DNA of 64,000 nucleotides from Oscillospiraceae bacterium (GTDB lineage Bacteria; Bacillota; Clostridia; Oscillospirales; Acutalibacteraceae): NCBI GenBank assembly GCA_022763825.1, contig JALEQX010000066.1, positions 12,888 to 76,887 of the forward strand, read 5' to 3'. Shown piece by piece: positions 35,394 to 45,736 of this stretch (position 1 is its first letter; each line of letters starts with the position of its first letter). The notes under the pieces were generated by a model. It saw only the letters and a program-made list of their open reading frames with translations, ran no database searches and was not told where the DNA came from. The position numbers and the translations under genes were made by a program.

Positions 35394-36677
35394 TCAGCAA
35401 ATCTCGCATCCTCCTACGGGTCTTACGTTAAGTACGTAGCAAGTTGATTCACCGAAAACCTTTTCGATTTCCGTTTTATAAACGCAGAGCATGTCAGAGG
35501 GAACGAAAGCCTGAATCGTACCTGCGAATCCGCCTCCGTGAACTCTCCACGCTCCTTTTCCTTTCAATATGTATTCGCTCATTGCAAGCGCAAGAGAAAC
35601 CGGCTGACTCAAGGGCGCTTTTGCGGAGAATACATTCTGATTATACATATATGATGAATTTCCGCTCTCTATTACGAGCTTTTTAAACGTCTCGAAATCG
35701 CCCTTTGAAAGAGCCTCGGTCTGCTTGTCTACTCTGTTATTCTCGCCGAAGAAATGAAGACCTCTGAGCACGGCTCTCTCGCTTACCTTTTCTCTTACAA
35801 TATTTATATTCTCAAAAAATTCTTTCTCGTCAACGTCTCTGAGCGCCGTTTTGCCGAAGCACTCAGCGGCGGATTCCATCTCGCTTCTGATTGCGCCGTA
35901 CTCGTCGGTAAGGTCGGCATGGCTCGCTCTCGTATCGACAATGCAGAGGCTGTGTCCGCAGGAAGCGAAGTTAAAATCAATCGGCGTGATAACGGGATTC
36001 GACGGGTCTTTAAAATCGATATTTACAAATCCGCCGACCGAGCATGCCATTTGATCCATAAGACCGCAGGGCTTGCCGAAAAATTCATTCTCCGCATACT
36101 GCGCTATCTGAGCGACCTCAACGGCGGAAACCTTGCCGCCATTATAAAGATAATTAAGACACGTGCCGATAAGAACCTCAAATGCGGCGGAAGATGAAAG
36201 TCCGCTTCCCGAGAGAACCTGAGTCATTGTAGCGGCGTTGAATCCGCCGATTTTATATCCCCTGTTTATAAAACCTCTGCAAACGCCTCTGATAAGCGCC
36301 GCAGACGAGCCGGTTTCCTTCTCGACGGGTTCGAGAACCGAAATATCGATAATATCCGACTTTGTATACTCTGCGGATTTAACCCTTACGATATTTTCAT
36401 CATTTTTTGCGGCGGCTGCGACGGCGTCGAGATTTACGGCGGCTGCTATAACTTTACCGCGGTTATGGTCGGTATGGTTGCCGCATACCTCGCTTCTGCC
36501 GGGGGCGGAAAAGAATCTGATATCTCCGTCCTCTCCGTAAAGCGAAGCATACAGCGAGAGAACCTTTTTATATCTCTCCTTCTGCTCTTTTACCTTTTCG
36601 TCGGTAAAATATATTTTCTTCATAAACGAATCGTACCGGGACGACTCGAGTTTCTTTAAAGTATCGTTATAAGACAT
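35394..36677 (-). CDS. galK: Galactokinase (GHMP kinase)
   Basis: 'APGRSEVCGNHTDHN' galactokinase signature variant, GHMP motif 'GSGLSSSAAFEV', and 'HGGGFAGT'. Confidence 0.85.
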   Translation of the reverse strand: MSYNDTLKKLESSRYDSFMKKIYFTDEKVKEQKERYKKVLSLYASLYGEDGDIRFFSAPGRSEVCGNHTDHNRGKVIAAAVNLDAVAAAAKNDENIVRVKSAEYTKSDIIDISVLEPVEKETGSSAALIRGVCRGFINRGYKIGGFNAATMTQVLSGSGLSSSAAFEVLIGTCLNYLYNGGKVSAVEVAQIAQYAENEFFGKPCGLMDQMACSVGGFVNIDFKDPSNPVITPIDFNFASCGHSLCIVDTRASHADLTDEYGAIRSEMESAAECFGKTALRDVDEKEFFENINIVREKVSERAVLRGLHFFGENNRVDKQTEALSKGDFETFKKLVIESGNSSYMYNQNVFSAKAPLSQPVSLALAMSEYILKGKGAWRVHGGGFAGTIQAFVPSDMLCVYKTEIEKVFGESTCYVLNVRPVGGCEIC

Positions 36678-36697
36678 AAATATATACTCCTTGCGTT

Positions 36698-37429
36698 TTA
36701 TTTCCTTACTTTTTTAATAACGTCGAACACCCCGCCGAGCACGAGCAAAGCTACGCCCGAAACGAAGAGAAGGACTATAATGGGGATAATGAATCCCAGA
36801 GAAAACGGGTTTCTAGCATTGCGTCCCATCACGCTGAACGAGAGCATCTGCGGAAGATATCCGATTATGGAAACTATTAAAAATTTCCAATAGTCGTAAT
36901 CGAGCGACCCGTAAAGCTGACTCGCCGCGTTTATCGGAATAATCGGGACAAGGCGCATCAAAAACAGAATCAACGTCTGTTCTCCGCCCTTCGTTTCGAC
37001 AAGTTCCGTTGCCACTCTGCTCGTTCTGATAAGTCGTTTCAGATTGCCTCCGCCGAAATGCACGCCCGCCTCGTATTTTATCGTCATAATAAGAATCATG
37101 CCCAGGCAGTTTATGAGCATGGCGACGGGCAGTTCAAAAACCATTGCGCTGGCGACGAACAGTATCGAGAACGGATACAAAGGCACGGCACATTTAACGA
37201 AAAACAGCATAAACAGTACGAGAACGACGACGCCCTTGCTCTCTATGGCGGCAATTTTAAGCTCGAGGTCGGCAAGCCATACAAGATATTCGTTATACTT
37301 TTCCGCAAGCGTGTCAATCGGCGCGAATATGCACCATACTGTGAGAATTACCGCTCCTATAAGAAACGATATTCCCGTAATATAGAACACTTTGCGGAAT
37401 ACTCTCATTTTATCCAAATCCGATATCAC
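36698..37429 (-). CDS. Polytopic membrane protein (TVP38/TMEM64 / DedA-related, tentative)
   Basis: Five to six predicted TM helices and a 'LMRLVPIIP' motif typical of the SNARE-associated/DedA superfamily. The family call is tentative. Confidence 0.5.
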   Translation of the reverse strand: MISDLDKMRVFRKVFYITGISFLIGAVILTVWCIFAPIDTLAEKYNEYLVWLADLELKIAAIESKGVVVLVLFMLFFVKCAVPLYPFSILFVASAMVFELPVAMLINCLGMILIMTIKYEAGVHFGGGNLKRLIRTSRVATELVETKGGEQTLILFLMRLVPIIPINAASQLYGSLDYDYWKFLIVSIIGYLPQMLSFSVMGRNARNPFSLGFIIPIIVLLFVSGVALLVLGGVFDVIKKVRK

Positions 37430-37571
37430 CGCCTTTCAGGGGATTATCCAATTTATTTTATCAAAAAAATTAAAAAACATCAAGTATTAATATTGTAATT
37501 ATAAAATTAATACTGGCATAAAAAACATATCTATGTTACAATATAAAAAACATTACGGGAGTGAAATATTT

Positions 37572-38528
37572 ATGAAGATAGTTATCCTTGACGCTTTTGC
37601 GCAAAATCCCGGAGATTTAAGCTGGGATTTTCTGAATAAATACGGCGAAACGGAAATATACGACAGAACACCGCCGGAACTCATTTACGAACGCAGTAAG
37701 GACGCGGACATACTCGTTACCAACAAAACCCCGCTGACCGGCGAAATAATAGATTCCCTGCCGAATCTTAAATTCGTGTCGACGCTCGCCACCGGCTACA
37801 ACGTAGTCGACGCGGAAAAATTAAAGGAACGTTCGATTCCTCTTTCCAATATACCCGCATATTCCACTCACGCGGTCGCACAGCTCGCTTTCTCGTTTAT
37901 GCTCGAGCACTGCACGCACGTTTCGCTTCACAGCGAATCGGTAAGGCGCGGAGACTGGAGCAAAAACCCCGACTTTACATATCACCTCACGCCCCTTTAC
38001 GAGCTCGACGGCAAGACGATAGGAATTATCGGTTTCGGCAGAATCGGAAAGGACGTTGCAAAGAAAGCGCACGCGTTCGGCATGAGAACGCTCGTTTACG
38101 CCCCGAGAATTCACCCCGGCGCAGAGGATTATATCGAATACACAGACCTCGATACGCTTCTTAAATCCTCCGATTTCGTAACGCTTCACTGTCCGCTGAC
38201 AGCTGAAACAACGGGGCTTGTCGATAAAGAATTCTTAAGCAAAATGAAGAAGAACGCGTTTCTTATAAACACGTCGAGAGGTCCCGTCGTAAATTCAAAA
38301 GACCTTGCCGACGCACTTAACGATTCGGTCATAGCCGGCGCGGGACTCGACGTTATGACAAAGGAACCGCCCGAGAAAAACGACCCGCTTCTCACTGCGA
38401 AAAACTGTATTATTACCCCGCACATAGCATGGGCGGCGCTTGAGACAAGGCAGAGGCTTATGAATATATTTGAAGAAAATATAAAGGCGTTCTGCGACGG
38501 TCACCCCATAAACGTCGTAAACTTATAA
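37572..38528 (+). CDS. D-isomer-specific 2-hydroxyacid dehydrogenase (glycerate/hydroxypyruvate reductase-like)
   Basis: 'GIIGFGRIGKDVA' NAD-binding motif, 'LINTSRG', and catalytic 'TPHIAW'. Start taken at the ATG of 'MKIVILD'. Confidence 0.88.
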   Translation: MKIVILDAFAQNPGDLSWDFLNKYGETEIYDRTPPELIYERSKDADILVTNKTPLTGEIIDSLPNLKFVSTLATGYNVVDAEKLKERSIPLSNIPAYSTHAVAQLAFSFMLEHCTHVSLHSESVRRGDWSKNPDFTYHLTPLYELDGKTIGIIGFGRIGKDVAKKAHAFGMRTLVYAPRIHPGAEDYIEYTDLDTLLKSSDFVTLHCPLTAETTGLVDKEFLSKMKKNAFLINTSRGPVVNSKDLADALNDSVIAGAGLDVMTKEPPEKNDPLLTAKNCIITPHIAWAALETRQRLMNIFEENIKAFCDGHPINVVNL

Positions 38529-39191
38529 TCTTATGCCGAGTCCCATGTATACGGGACTCATCCTGTCAAACAGAAAATCCGTGTCGTACACGGCAATCTC
38601 CGCCTCCGGATCGGTTCCGGGGGCGATTTTTATTACGGTAACGTTTTTATCATCTGAAATGCATGACAGAACCGTGCCCGAGTAGAGAGACGCGAAAGCA
38701 TACACATCCGAATCCGTTTTCACCGTCGGCGAACCGTCGGATGAAACGAACAGGTATACGCCGTTTTTATTCTCGGAAAGCTTTACGAATATTTTTTCGG
38801 CTCCGTCCTCGACGCACGAATGAATAAGCGATATTACGGAATAATACGCGTATTCGAAATTGCACGTAACAAACATATTTTCGTTCGTACATTCGAACGT
38901 TACCGTCGTTCCCCGCCTTTTGAGAACGTCCGCCGCCGCGCTTATCAGCTCGTCAGTAAAATATGCAAGATTTCCGTACCTATCGTATAAATGTCCCGCG
39001 CGGGACATCGACATAAATTTAAGACGGGTATATTTTGCACAAAGACTGCCATATTCGTCCTCGCTCAAATCTTCATCGGCATTGAAAACAGCATGCAATG
39101 CCTCTCTTATATACGCTTCGTTTACTGAATTCACTGTCATACCGCCGACCTTTTCGCGCAGATTTTTCAAACTCGGTTGAGATTTCATCAT
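38523..39191 (-). CDS. Hypothetical protein (possibly a degenerate histidine-kinase-like ATPase fold)
   Basis: 222-aa ORF with coding-like composition. The segment 'YYSVISLIHSCVEDGAEKIFVKLSENKNGVYLFVSSDG' weakly resembles the N-box to G1 region of HATPase_c, but no clear motifs are present. Confidence 0.45.
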   Translation of the reverse strand: MMKSQPSLKNLREKVGGMTVNSVNEAYIREALHAVFNADEDLSEDEYGSLCAKYTRLKFMSMSRAGHLYDRYGNLAYFTDELISAAADVLKRRGTTVTFECTNENMFVTCNFEYAYYSVISLIHSCVEDGAEKIFVKLSENKNGVYLFVSSDGSPTVKTDSDVYAFASLYSGTVLSCISDDKNVTVIKIAPGTDPEAEIAVYDTDFLFDRMSPVYMGLGIRL

Positions 39192-39292
39192 TTCAGTCCT
39201 TTAAAATACATATTCATACGTTTATGTCGGTAGTAGTTTTTGTAGGAGTTTACCAAATATTTTTATTGCGGGTTAAATTTTTAACAAACCAC

Positions 39293-39321
39293 TTGCATAT
39301 TATTTCATTTCGAGATAAAAT
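39293..39321 (+). promoter_or_regulatory. sigmaA-type promoter for gap
   Basis: TTGCAT-17 nt-TAAAAT, about 45 nt upstream of the gap ATG. Confidence 0.55.
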
Positions 39322-39369
39322 ATAATCGCAAAAAAAGCGAACAGCTTTAAAAAATGGAGGAATTTTAAT

Positions 39370-40407
39370 ATGTCAGTTAAAGTTGCTATTAACGGATTCG
39401 GCAGAATCGGACGTCTTGCATTCAGACAGATGTTCGGCGCAGAGGGATACGACGTTGTTGCTATCAACGACCTTACCAAGCCCTCAATGCTTGCTCAGCT
39501 TCTCAAGTACGATACCGCTCAGGGCGGTTACTGCGGAAAAATCGGCGAGAACAAGCACACCGTTACCGCTGACGACGAAGCAAACACCATCACCGTAGAC
39601 GGAAAGACCCTTACTATATACAAAGAGGCAGACGCTAACAATCTCCCCTGGGGCAAGATCGGCGTTGACGTTGTTCTCGAGTGCACCGGCTTCTACTGCT
39701 CAAAAGAGAAGTCAATGGCTCACATCAATGCAGGCGCTAAGAAAGTTGTTATTTCTGCTCCCGCAGGCAATGACCTTAAGACCATCGTATACAGCGTAAA
39801 CGAGAAGACTCTTACCGCTGACGATCAGATCATCTCCGCAGCTTCCTGCACTACCAACTGCCTTGCTCCCATGGCTAAGGCTCTTAACGATTACGCTCCC
39901 ATCCAGAGCGGTATCATGTCGACCATCCACGCTTACACAGGCGATCAGATGATCCTCGACGGTCCTCACAGAAAGGGTGACCTCAGAAGAGCAAGAGCCG
40001 GCGCTGCCAACATCGTTCCCAACTCAACGGGCGCTGCTAAGGCTATCGGTCTTGTTATCCCCGAGCTTAACGGCAAGCTCATCGGTTCCGCTCAGAGAGT
40101 TCCCGTTCCGACCGGTTCAACTACTATTCTTACCGCTGTTGTTAAGGGTGCAGACGTTACCAAGGAAGGCATCAACGCTGCTATGAAAGCTGCCGCTTCC
40201 GAGAGTTTCGGCTACAACGAGGACGCTATCGTTTCCTCCGACGTTATCGGCATGAGATACGGTTCACTCTTCGACTCTACTCAGACCATGGTTTCAAAGA
40301 TTGCCGACGACCTCTATGAGGTTCAGGTTGTTTCTTGGTATGATAACGAGAACTCCTACACCAGCCAGATGGTCAGAACCATCAAGTACTTCGCAGAACT
40401 CGGCTAA
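39370..40407 (+). CDS. gap: Glyceraldehyde-3-phosphate dehydrogenase
   Basis: 'INGFGRIGR' and 'SCTTNCLAP' (active-site Cys). Codon usage is strongly biased, with C-ending codons typical of a highly expressed gene. Confidence 0.98.
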   Translation: MSVKVAINGFGRIGRLAFRQMFGAEGYDVVAINDLTKPSMLAQLLKYDTAQGGYCGKIGENKHTVTADDEANTITVDGKTLTIYKEADANNLPWGKIGVDVVLECTGFYCSKEKSMAHINAGAKKVVISAPAGNDLKTIVYSVNEKTLTADDQIISAASCTTNCLAPMAKALNDYAPIQSGIMSTIHAYTGDQMILDGPHRKGDLRRARAGAANIVPNSTGAAKAIGLVIPELNGKLIGSAQRVPVPTGSTTILTAVVKGADVTKEGINAAMKAAASESFGYNEDAIVSSDVIGMRYGSLFDSTQTMVSKIADDLYEVQVVSWYDNENSYTSQMVRTIKYFAELG

Positions 40408-40435
40408 TCACCGATTTCGGAATAATAACAAATTT

Positions 40436-40472
40436 GCCTCTGCCGTTTTTCGGCGGAGGCTTTTCTTTTTTA
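40436..40472 (+). terminator. Rho-independent terminator of gap
   Basis: Hairpin gcctctgccg-tttttc-ggcggaggc followed by a T-run. Confidence 0.85.
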
Positions 40473-40538
40473 TTGACATATTAAAATCATTATGATATAT
40501 TGTTTTTAATAATAATAACAAATAAAGGAGCGAAGAGT

Positions 40539-41219
40539 ATGAAAAAATTAAGAGGAATTCTCTGGGGACTTGCAATAATAGTTGCCGGAATACTGTGGGG
40601 ACTCAGCGCTGCGGGAATTCTTACAGCCAAGCTGTTGTTTGACGGCTGGTGGACGCTGTTTATAATCGTTCCGTCGATTATCGGACTTATCACAGATAAA
40701 AACAAAACGTTCTCGCTTATAACATTGATAATCGGATGCATACTGCTCGCGTCGAATTACGCTGATATGAAACTCGTCAAAGCTTTGATTTTCCCGGCAA
40801 TAGTCGTCGTTATAGGATTCGGAATCCTGTTTAACAATATATCATCAAGAAAACAGAATGACGAATTTATACAGACAGCTCCCGGCAGTACCGGATATGA
40901 GGAATACTCCGCAACGTTTGCACAGCAGAATCTTTTTTTTACAGACGAATTCAGAGGCGGTAAGTTTTCGGCGGTATTCGGCTCGATAAGGGTCGATTTA
41001 AGACAGGCCGTAATACGCGAAAACATTAACGTGACAGCCAGCGCAACATTCGGAGGCGTTGAAATTTTCGTTCCGAATTATGTAAAAGTCGTTTCAAAAT
41101 CGAACAGTATAGTCGGAGGCACGACAGATAAGTCAAATAAGAATCTGCCCGCGGATGCACCGACGATATTTATAAACGCACAGAATACTTTCGGCGGAAC
41201 TGAAATTAAATTAAATTAA
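40539..41219 (+). CDS. LiaF-like / DUF2154-type membrane protein (cell-envelope stress family, tentative)
   Basis: N-terminal multi-TM region 'LWGLAIIVAGILWGL...'. The C-terminal beta-rich domain has 'ATFGGVEIFVP' and 'FGGTEIKL' repeats. AAAGGAG precedes the ATG at 40539. Confidence 0.6.
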   Translation: MKKLRGILWGLAIIVAGILWGLSAAGILTAKLLFDGWWTLFIIVPSIIGLITDKNKTFSLITLIIGCILLASNYADMKLVKALIFPAIVVVIGFGILFNNISSRKQNDEFIQTAPGSTGYEEYSATFAQQNLFFTDEFRGGKFSAVFGSIRVDLRQAVIRENINVTASATFGGVEIFVPNYVKVVSKSNSIVGGTTDKSNKNLPADAPTIFINAQNTFGGTEIKLN

Positions 41220-41233
41220 ACTAAATTAAAAAA

Positions 41234-41285
41234 CAAAAAAACAGCGGTAAGACCAAAATCGGTTTTACCGCTGTTTGCTTTTTAT
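41234..41285. terminator. Bidirectional terminator between convergent genes
   Basis: Hairpin acagcggtaagacc-aaaatc-ggttttaccgctgt flanked by A7 and T-rich runs. Confidence 0.8.
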
Positions 41286-41295
41286 GAATCAAATT

Positions 41296-42057
41296 TCAAA
41301 GTAAGTACTTTTCAATCGCCTGACCTACTCCCCCGTCATTACAGTCGCCGGAGACGTATGTACATATTTTTTTAACCTCGTCGATGGCGTTGCCCATAGC
41401 CACGCTGATGCCGGCGACCTTGAGCATATCGATATCGTTTGCGCTGTCGCCCATTGCGATACAATGCTCAATCGGCACTCCGACGAGCGAAGCCATACGT
41501 TTAAGCCCCTCGCCCTTCGAAAATCCCTTATTAACAAATTCCGAATACGTCTCATGACGGAAAAGAGTGTATTTTTCACTCCACTCCTTATACTCCGATT
41601 CCGTATAGTCACGGACGAAGAATGTTTTCGAAATTTTTATATCCTTATAATCCGTGTAAATCTGCTCGGGCGAAGTAAGAGGAAGACATCTGTCCCTGTG
41701 CCATTCGTCACAGTTTATCGACAGGCTTTTTTCCTCGCCCTCGAATATAACGGTACTGCCGTCGTCGTTATCAAAAAAATGCTTGACGAGCGAGTACAGT
41801 TCGTCCTTCGGCATACTTCGGGAAAAAATCTGTTCGCCGTGAAAACGCAGATCGGTTCCAATGCCCGAGACAACGCCGTCCATAGGCACAGTTTCAAGCA
41901 AATCTTTCGGCATAAAACCGTAGCTTCTTGCCGTGTTTATAAAGACGTAGTGTCCCTTTTCTCTGGCGCATTTTATAGCCTTGACATTACGCTCGGGAAC
42001 TGCGCCGTTACAGTAAAGCGTGTTGTCAATATCGAGAAAAACAGCGTATTTATCCAT
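41296..42057 (-). CDS. Cof-type HAD-IIB phosphatase
   Basis: Motif I 'VFLDIDNTL', 'FINTARS' and 'AMGDSANDIDMLKVAG...MGNA'. Confidence 0.85.
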   Translation of the reverse strand: MDKYAVFLDIDNTLYCNGAVPERNVKAIKCAREKGHYVFINTARSYGFMPKDLLETVPMDGVVSGIGTDLRFHGEQIFSRSMPKDELYSLVKHFFDNDDGSTVIFEGEEKSLSINCDEWHRDRCLPLTSPEQIYTDYKDIKISKTFFVRDYTESEYKEWSEKYTLFRHETYSEFVNKGFSKGEGLKRMASLVGVPIEHCIAMGDSANDIDMLKVAGISVAMGNAIDEVKKICTYVSGDCNDGGVGQAIEKYLL

Positions 42058-42087
42058 ATCTTTTCACTTCCGTCACATCGGAGTTCT

Positions 42088-42675
42088 TTATTTCTTTGTG
42101 TAAATATGCTTCATCTGTTCGGGGGTACATTCCTGCGGAACATAGGTATTAAGATAATTTATAACCTCGTCCGGGGTATTGAGAACCGCAAACAGACCGA
42201 GCGTTTCCTTGTTCATAAACTTCTCGTCAATGCTCGTATTCAGCATATCGAGCATTTTATCATAATAGCCGTTTATATTATAAAGAATCATAGGCTTTGT
42301 GTGTCTGCCGAGCTGTTTTAGGGTAAGCATTTCGAAAAATTCCTCGAACGTGCCGATTCCTCCGGGCGTCGTTATAAACGCGTCGGACAGATCCTCCATA
42401 ATCTGCTTTCTCTCGCGCATAGTCTCGGTTCGTATCGTCTTCGTACAGTGCTCGAACAGAATTCCGTCAACGTTAAAAAAGCTCGGAACAACGCCGATAA
42501 TCTCCGCGTTTTCGGAGTAAAATCCCCTCGCGGCGGCACCCATCAGACCGTTCGCCCCGCATCCGAACACAAGAGAATGTCCGTTTTTTGCAAGAACCTT
42601 TGACAGTTTTTCCGCCTCATCTATAAAAGACGAATCTATGATGCAGCTCGACGCGCCGTAAATACATATTCTCAT
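42088..42675 (-). CDS. LOG-family (TIGR00730) nucleotide 5'-monophosphate nucleosidase
   Basis: 'YGASS', 'GCGANGLMGA' and 'PGGIGTFEEF' (PGGxGTxxE). Confidence 0.88.
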   Translation of the reverse strand: MRICIYGASSCIIDSSFIDEAEKLSKVLAKNGHSLVFGCGANGLMGAAARGFYSENAEIIGVVPSFFNVDGILFEHCTKTIRTETMRERKQIMEDLSDAFITTPGGIGTFEEFFEMLTLKQLGRHTKPMILYNINGYYDKMLDMLNTSIDEKFMNKETLGLFAVLNTPDEVINYLNTYVPQECTPEQMKHIYTKK

Positions 42676-42984
42676 AATAACTTAACACCCCTATTCCTTT
42701 ATATATATGCAATGTGCAATCATATTATTATAATGACAAATCCGCCGGGATTTACACCGACGTTCTTCAATATTACCTATACACTCGTGCTATTGACATA
42801 CACTAGGAAATAGGAAAAAGCGTTCGGAATGAATCAGCCGAACCGAAAACGCCGTCCAAAACAGCGGTTGAGGCTTGCCCGACGGCGTACACAGGCACGC
42901 CGAGCGGTGAGGGTGGTTCATAGCAAAAAGCAAACCTTTTTAATATACAATCGCTTTTTGCGGTCCGGGCGTTTTTAACATTTC

Positions 42985-44304
42985 CTATTCGCCTCGTTCG
43001 CGGATTATATATCGCGTCGGTGTGCCCTCGAGACCGAATACGGCTCTGATTTGATTGTCAATATATCTCTGATAACTGTAGTGGAACAAATCTTTATTAT
43101 TAACAAAGCATACGAACGTCGGCGGTCTTGTGGAAGCCTGAGTCATGTAGTAAATTTTCAGCCTCTTGCCCTTATCCGTGGGGGGCTGAACTCTCGTTTG
43201 AGCGTCAGCCAAAACCTCATTGAGTCTGCCGGTCGTAATTCTCATTGCGTTCTGAGAATCGACGAATTTAATAAGCTCAAAAAGTCTGTCGATACGAAGT
43301 CCCGTCTTAGCCGAAATGAAAATAATCGGCGCGTATGACATGAACGAAAAGTCGTTCATCAGCTTCTTTCTCATAACATCCATGGTCTTGCCGTCTTTCT
43401 CGACCGCGTCCCACTTGTTAACGACGATAACGCATCCCTTGCCCTGTTCGTGAGCAATACCGGCAACCTTTGAATCCTGCTCCGTAAAGCCCTCGGTCGC
43501 GTCTATCATTATAACGCAAACATTCGCACGTTCTACCGCCATAACGGCGCGCATAACGCTGTATTTTTCGATTCTGTCATCAACTTTCGATTTTCTTCTG
43601 AGTCCGGCGGTATCGATAAGAACGAACTTACCGGAAGCATTTTCAATATACGTATCGGTCGCATCGCGCGTAGTTCCGGCAATATTCGAAACTATTGCGC
43701 GTTCCTCACCGCAGACCTTGTTTACGAGCGACGACTTGCCGACGTTGGGTTTGCCGATTATCGCAACCTTAACGGTATCGTCGTCCTCCGGCTCTCCGGC
43801 TTTATCGCCGATATATTCATATACGGCATCAAGCAAATCACCGGTGCCGTGACCGTGGTTAGCCGAAACCGCAATCGGCTCGCCTATTCCGAGATTATAA
43901 AATTCATAATATTCAAGGGGCGGTTCGCCTATCGTATCGCATTTATTAACGCAGAGAACAACAGGCTTTCCCGACTTTTGAAGAATTGAGGCAACCTCCA
44001 TATCGGTCGAAACAACGCCTGTTCTTATATCGGTAACGAAAATAATCGCGTCTGCGCTGTCGATGGCAAGCTGAGCCTGAGCGCGCATCTGAGATAAAAT
44101 AATGTCGTCGGAATCGGGCTCAATACCGCCGGTATCTACGAGCATAAACGTTTTGTTTCTCCACTCGCAGTCTCCGTAAATTCTGTCGCGCGTAACACCG
44201 GGGGTATCGTCGACTATCGACAGTCGTCTGCCGCACAGTTTATTAAAAAGCGTCGATTTACCGACGTTCGGTCTGCCTACGACCGCAACTACAGGTTTGC
44301 TCAT
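42985..44304 (-). CDS. der: Ribosome-biogenesis GTPase Der (EngA)
   Basis: Two GTPase domains, 'GRPNVGKST' and 'GKPNVGKSS', with 'DTGG'/'DTAG' and 'NKCD'/'NKWD', plus a KH-like C-terminus. Confidence 0.98.
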   Translation of the reverse strand: MSKPVVAVVGRPNVGKSTLFNKLCGRRLSIVDDTPGVTRDRIYGDCEWRNKTFMLVDTGGIEPDSDDIILSQMRAQAQLAIDSADAIIFVTDIRTGVVSTDMEVASILQKSGKPVVLCVNKCDTIGEPPLEYYEFYNLGIGEPIAVSANHGHGTGDLLDAVYEYIGDKAGEPEDDDTVKVAIIGKPNVGKSSLVNKVCGEERAIVSNIAGTTRDATDTYIENASGKFVLIDTAGLRRKSKVDDRIEKYSVMRAVMAVERANVCVIMIDATEGFTEQDSKVAGIAHEQGKGCVIVVNKWDAVEKDGKTMDVMRKKLMNDFSFMSYAPIIFISAKTGLRIDRLFELIKFVDSQNAMRITTGRLNEVLADAQTRVQPPTDKGKRLKIYYMTQASTRPPTFVCFVNNKDLFHYSYQRYIDNQIRAVFGLEGTPTRYIIRERGE

Positions 44305-44317
44305 GTTTTCATCCCTT

Positions 44318-45637
44318 TCAAATTCCTAAAAATGTATATAATAAATCGTCACCCGAGCATTTTGTCGGGGTGATTTTTACGTTCAGTCTTTTTTCAGCCT
44401 CGCAAAGAGGCGTATCGTCAAGAAAAATAGGTTCTTCCTCGGATTTCAGCATAACGGAGGGTATAAACGCCTCGTCGTATGCGGATAAATCTTTAATCTG
44501 ATTAAAAATATCCGTTGCGGTCACGAGTCCCGCAACCGTTATATTATGACCGAAAAAGTCGTTTATTATTGTATAAACGTCAACCGTGACATCAGGGCAC
44601 CTTAAATGTATAGCATCTGCAAGCTCTTTCATAAGCGGAGCGGCGGCAACGCCCGTAATAACGGCGATTCTGCGTTGTCCGACAGCTTTAATTTCATCAT
44701 CGTCAAGTGTAGATAATGCCGAATTGAAATCATGTCTTGTAAGCGTCCACATGCCGACGCCGTTATCCAGCTGGTCAAATTCGCCGTAATAATCGTAATC
44801 GGGAAGTTCGAGTTCCGCTTTTAAATAGAATTCGTCAGCCGCGTACGCAAAGTTTCCGCCGGTTTTCTCTCTCATTTTTTCATTGAACGAATCAATGATA
44901 TCTATAACTCCGCGCGCCGTATCCCGAGTGTACATGGTAAGCGGAAAAAGTTTCTCCCTGAAACGAGTAAGTCCGACGGGAACCGCCGCCACGCTCTGCA
45001 CGCTCGGATAAAGCTTTGCAAGTTCGGTAAGCGAAAAAACGAGTTCGTCCCCGTCGTTTATGCCGGGGCACAGTACAAGCTGTGTGTTCAGCTTAATTCC
45101 CGCGGCGGCAAATCGTTTTAATATATCGAGACTTTTGCCCGCGTTGGGATTCCCCATCATTTTAACCCTCAGCTCCGGGTTCATCGTATGTACCGAGACG
45201 TTGACCGGGCTTATGTGCATATCGATTATTCTCTGCGCCTCGTGCTCGGTCATGTTGGTGAGCGTTACATAATTTCCGAACAGAAACGACAGTCTCGAAT
45301 CGTCGTCCTTAAAGTAAAGGCTTTTTCGAAGTCCCTTTGGAAGCTGGTCGACAAAGCAGAATATGCACTTATTTTTACAGCTGTGCTGTTTATCCATAAG
45401 GTAGGTTTCAAAATCAAGCCCCAGGGAATCGACTCCCCCGACGGATTTAATTCTGACCTCGCGTTCGCCGTTTTCGTCCGATAAGACAATATTCAAAATG
45501 CGCGCATCGGCGTAAAAACGGTAATCGAGAACGTCGAAAATGTCATGTCCGTTAATCGATACGATGTTATCACCCGGCTTTATTCCCTTTTTATATGCCG
45601 GCGAACCTTCAATGACGGTCTTAACGCTGACGGACAT
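44318..45637 (-). CDS. PDZ-domain + radical-SAM-like protein (DUF512 family)
   Basis: N-terminal PDZ 'GSPAYKKGIKPGDNIVSING', Cys cluster 'CKNKCIFCF', and 'DDDSRLSFLFGNYVTLTN'. It lies upstream of der, a conserved position. Confidence 0.8.
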   Translation of the reverse strand: MSVSVKTVIEGSPAYKKGIKPGDNIVSINGHDIFDVLDYRFYADARILNIVLSDENGEREVRIKSVGGVDSLGLDFETYLMDKQHSCKNKCIFCFVDQLPKGLRKSLYFKDDDSRLSFLFGNYVTLTNMTEHEAQRIIDMHISPVNVSVHTMNPELRVKMMGNPNAGKSLDILKRFAAAGIKLNTQLVLCPGINDGDELVFSLTELAKLYPSVQSVAAVPVGLTRFREKLFPLTMYTRDTARGVIDIIDSFNEKMREKTGGNFAYAADEFYLKAELELPDYDYYGEFDQLDNGVGMWTLTRHDFNSALSTLDDDEIKAVGQRRIAVITGVAAAPLMKELADAIHLRCPDVTVDVYTIINDFFGHNITVAGLVTATDIFNQIKDLSAYDEAFIPSVMLKSEEEPIFLDDTPLCEAEKRLNVKITPTKCSGDDLLYTFLGI

Positions 45638-45736
45638 AACGCGCCTCCTTAAAGATATTTTCAGACAACACTAAAAGACGGGGAAGGAATTATGCCTTCT
45701 CCGCCTCTTTATGCCAATAAACAAATAACGGGAGTA

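Noticed and set aside
41464-42321. 285-aa plus-strand ORF spanning two minus-strand genes.
   Set aside because: It runs antisense across both the Cof-type HAD and the LOG-family genes and their spacer. It has no SD or motifs, so it is a shadow ORF.
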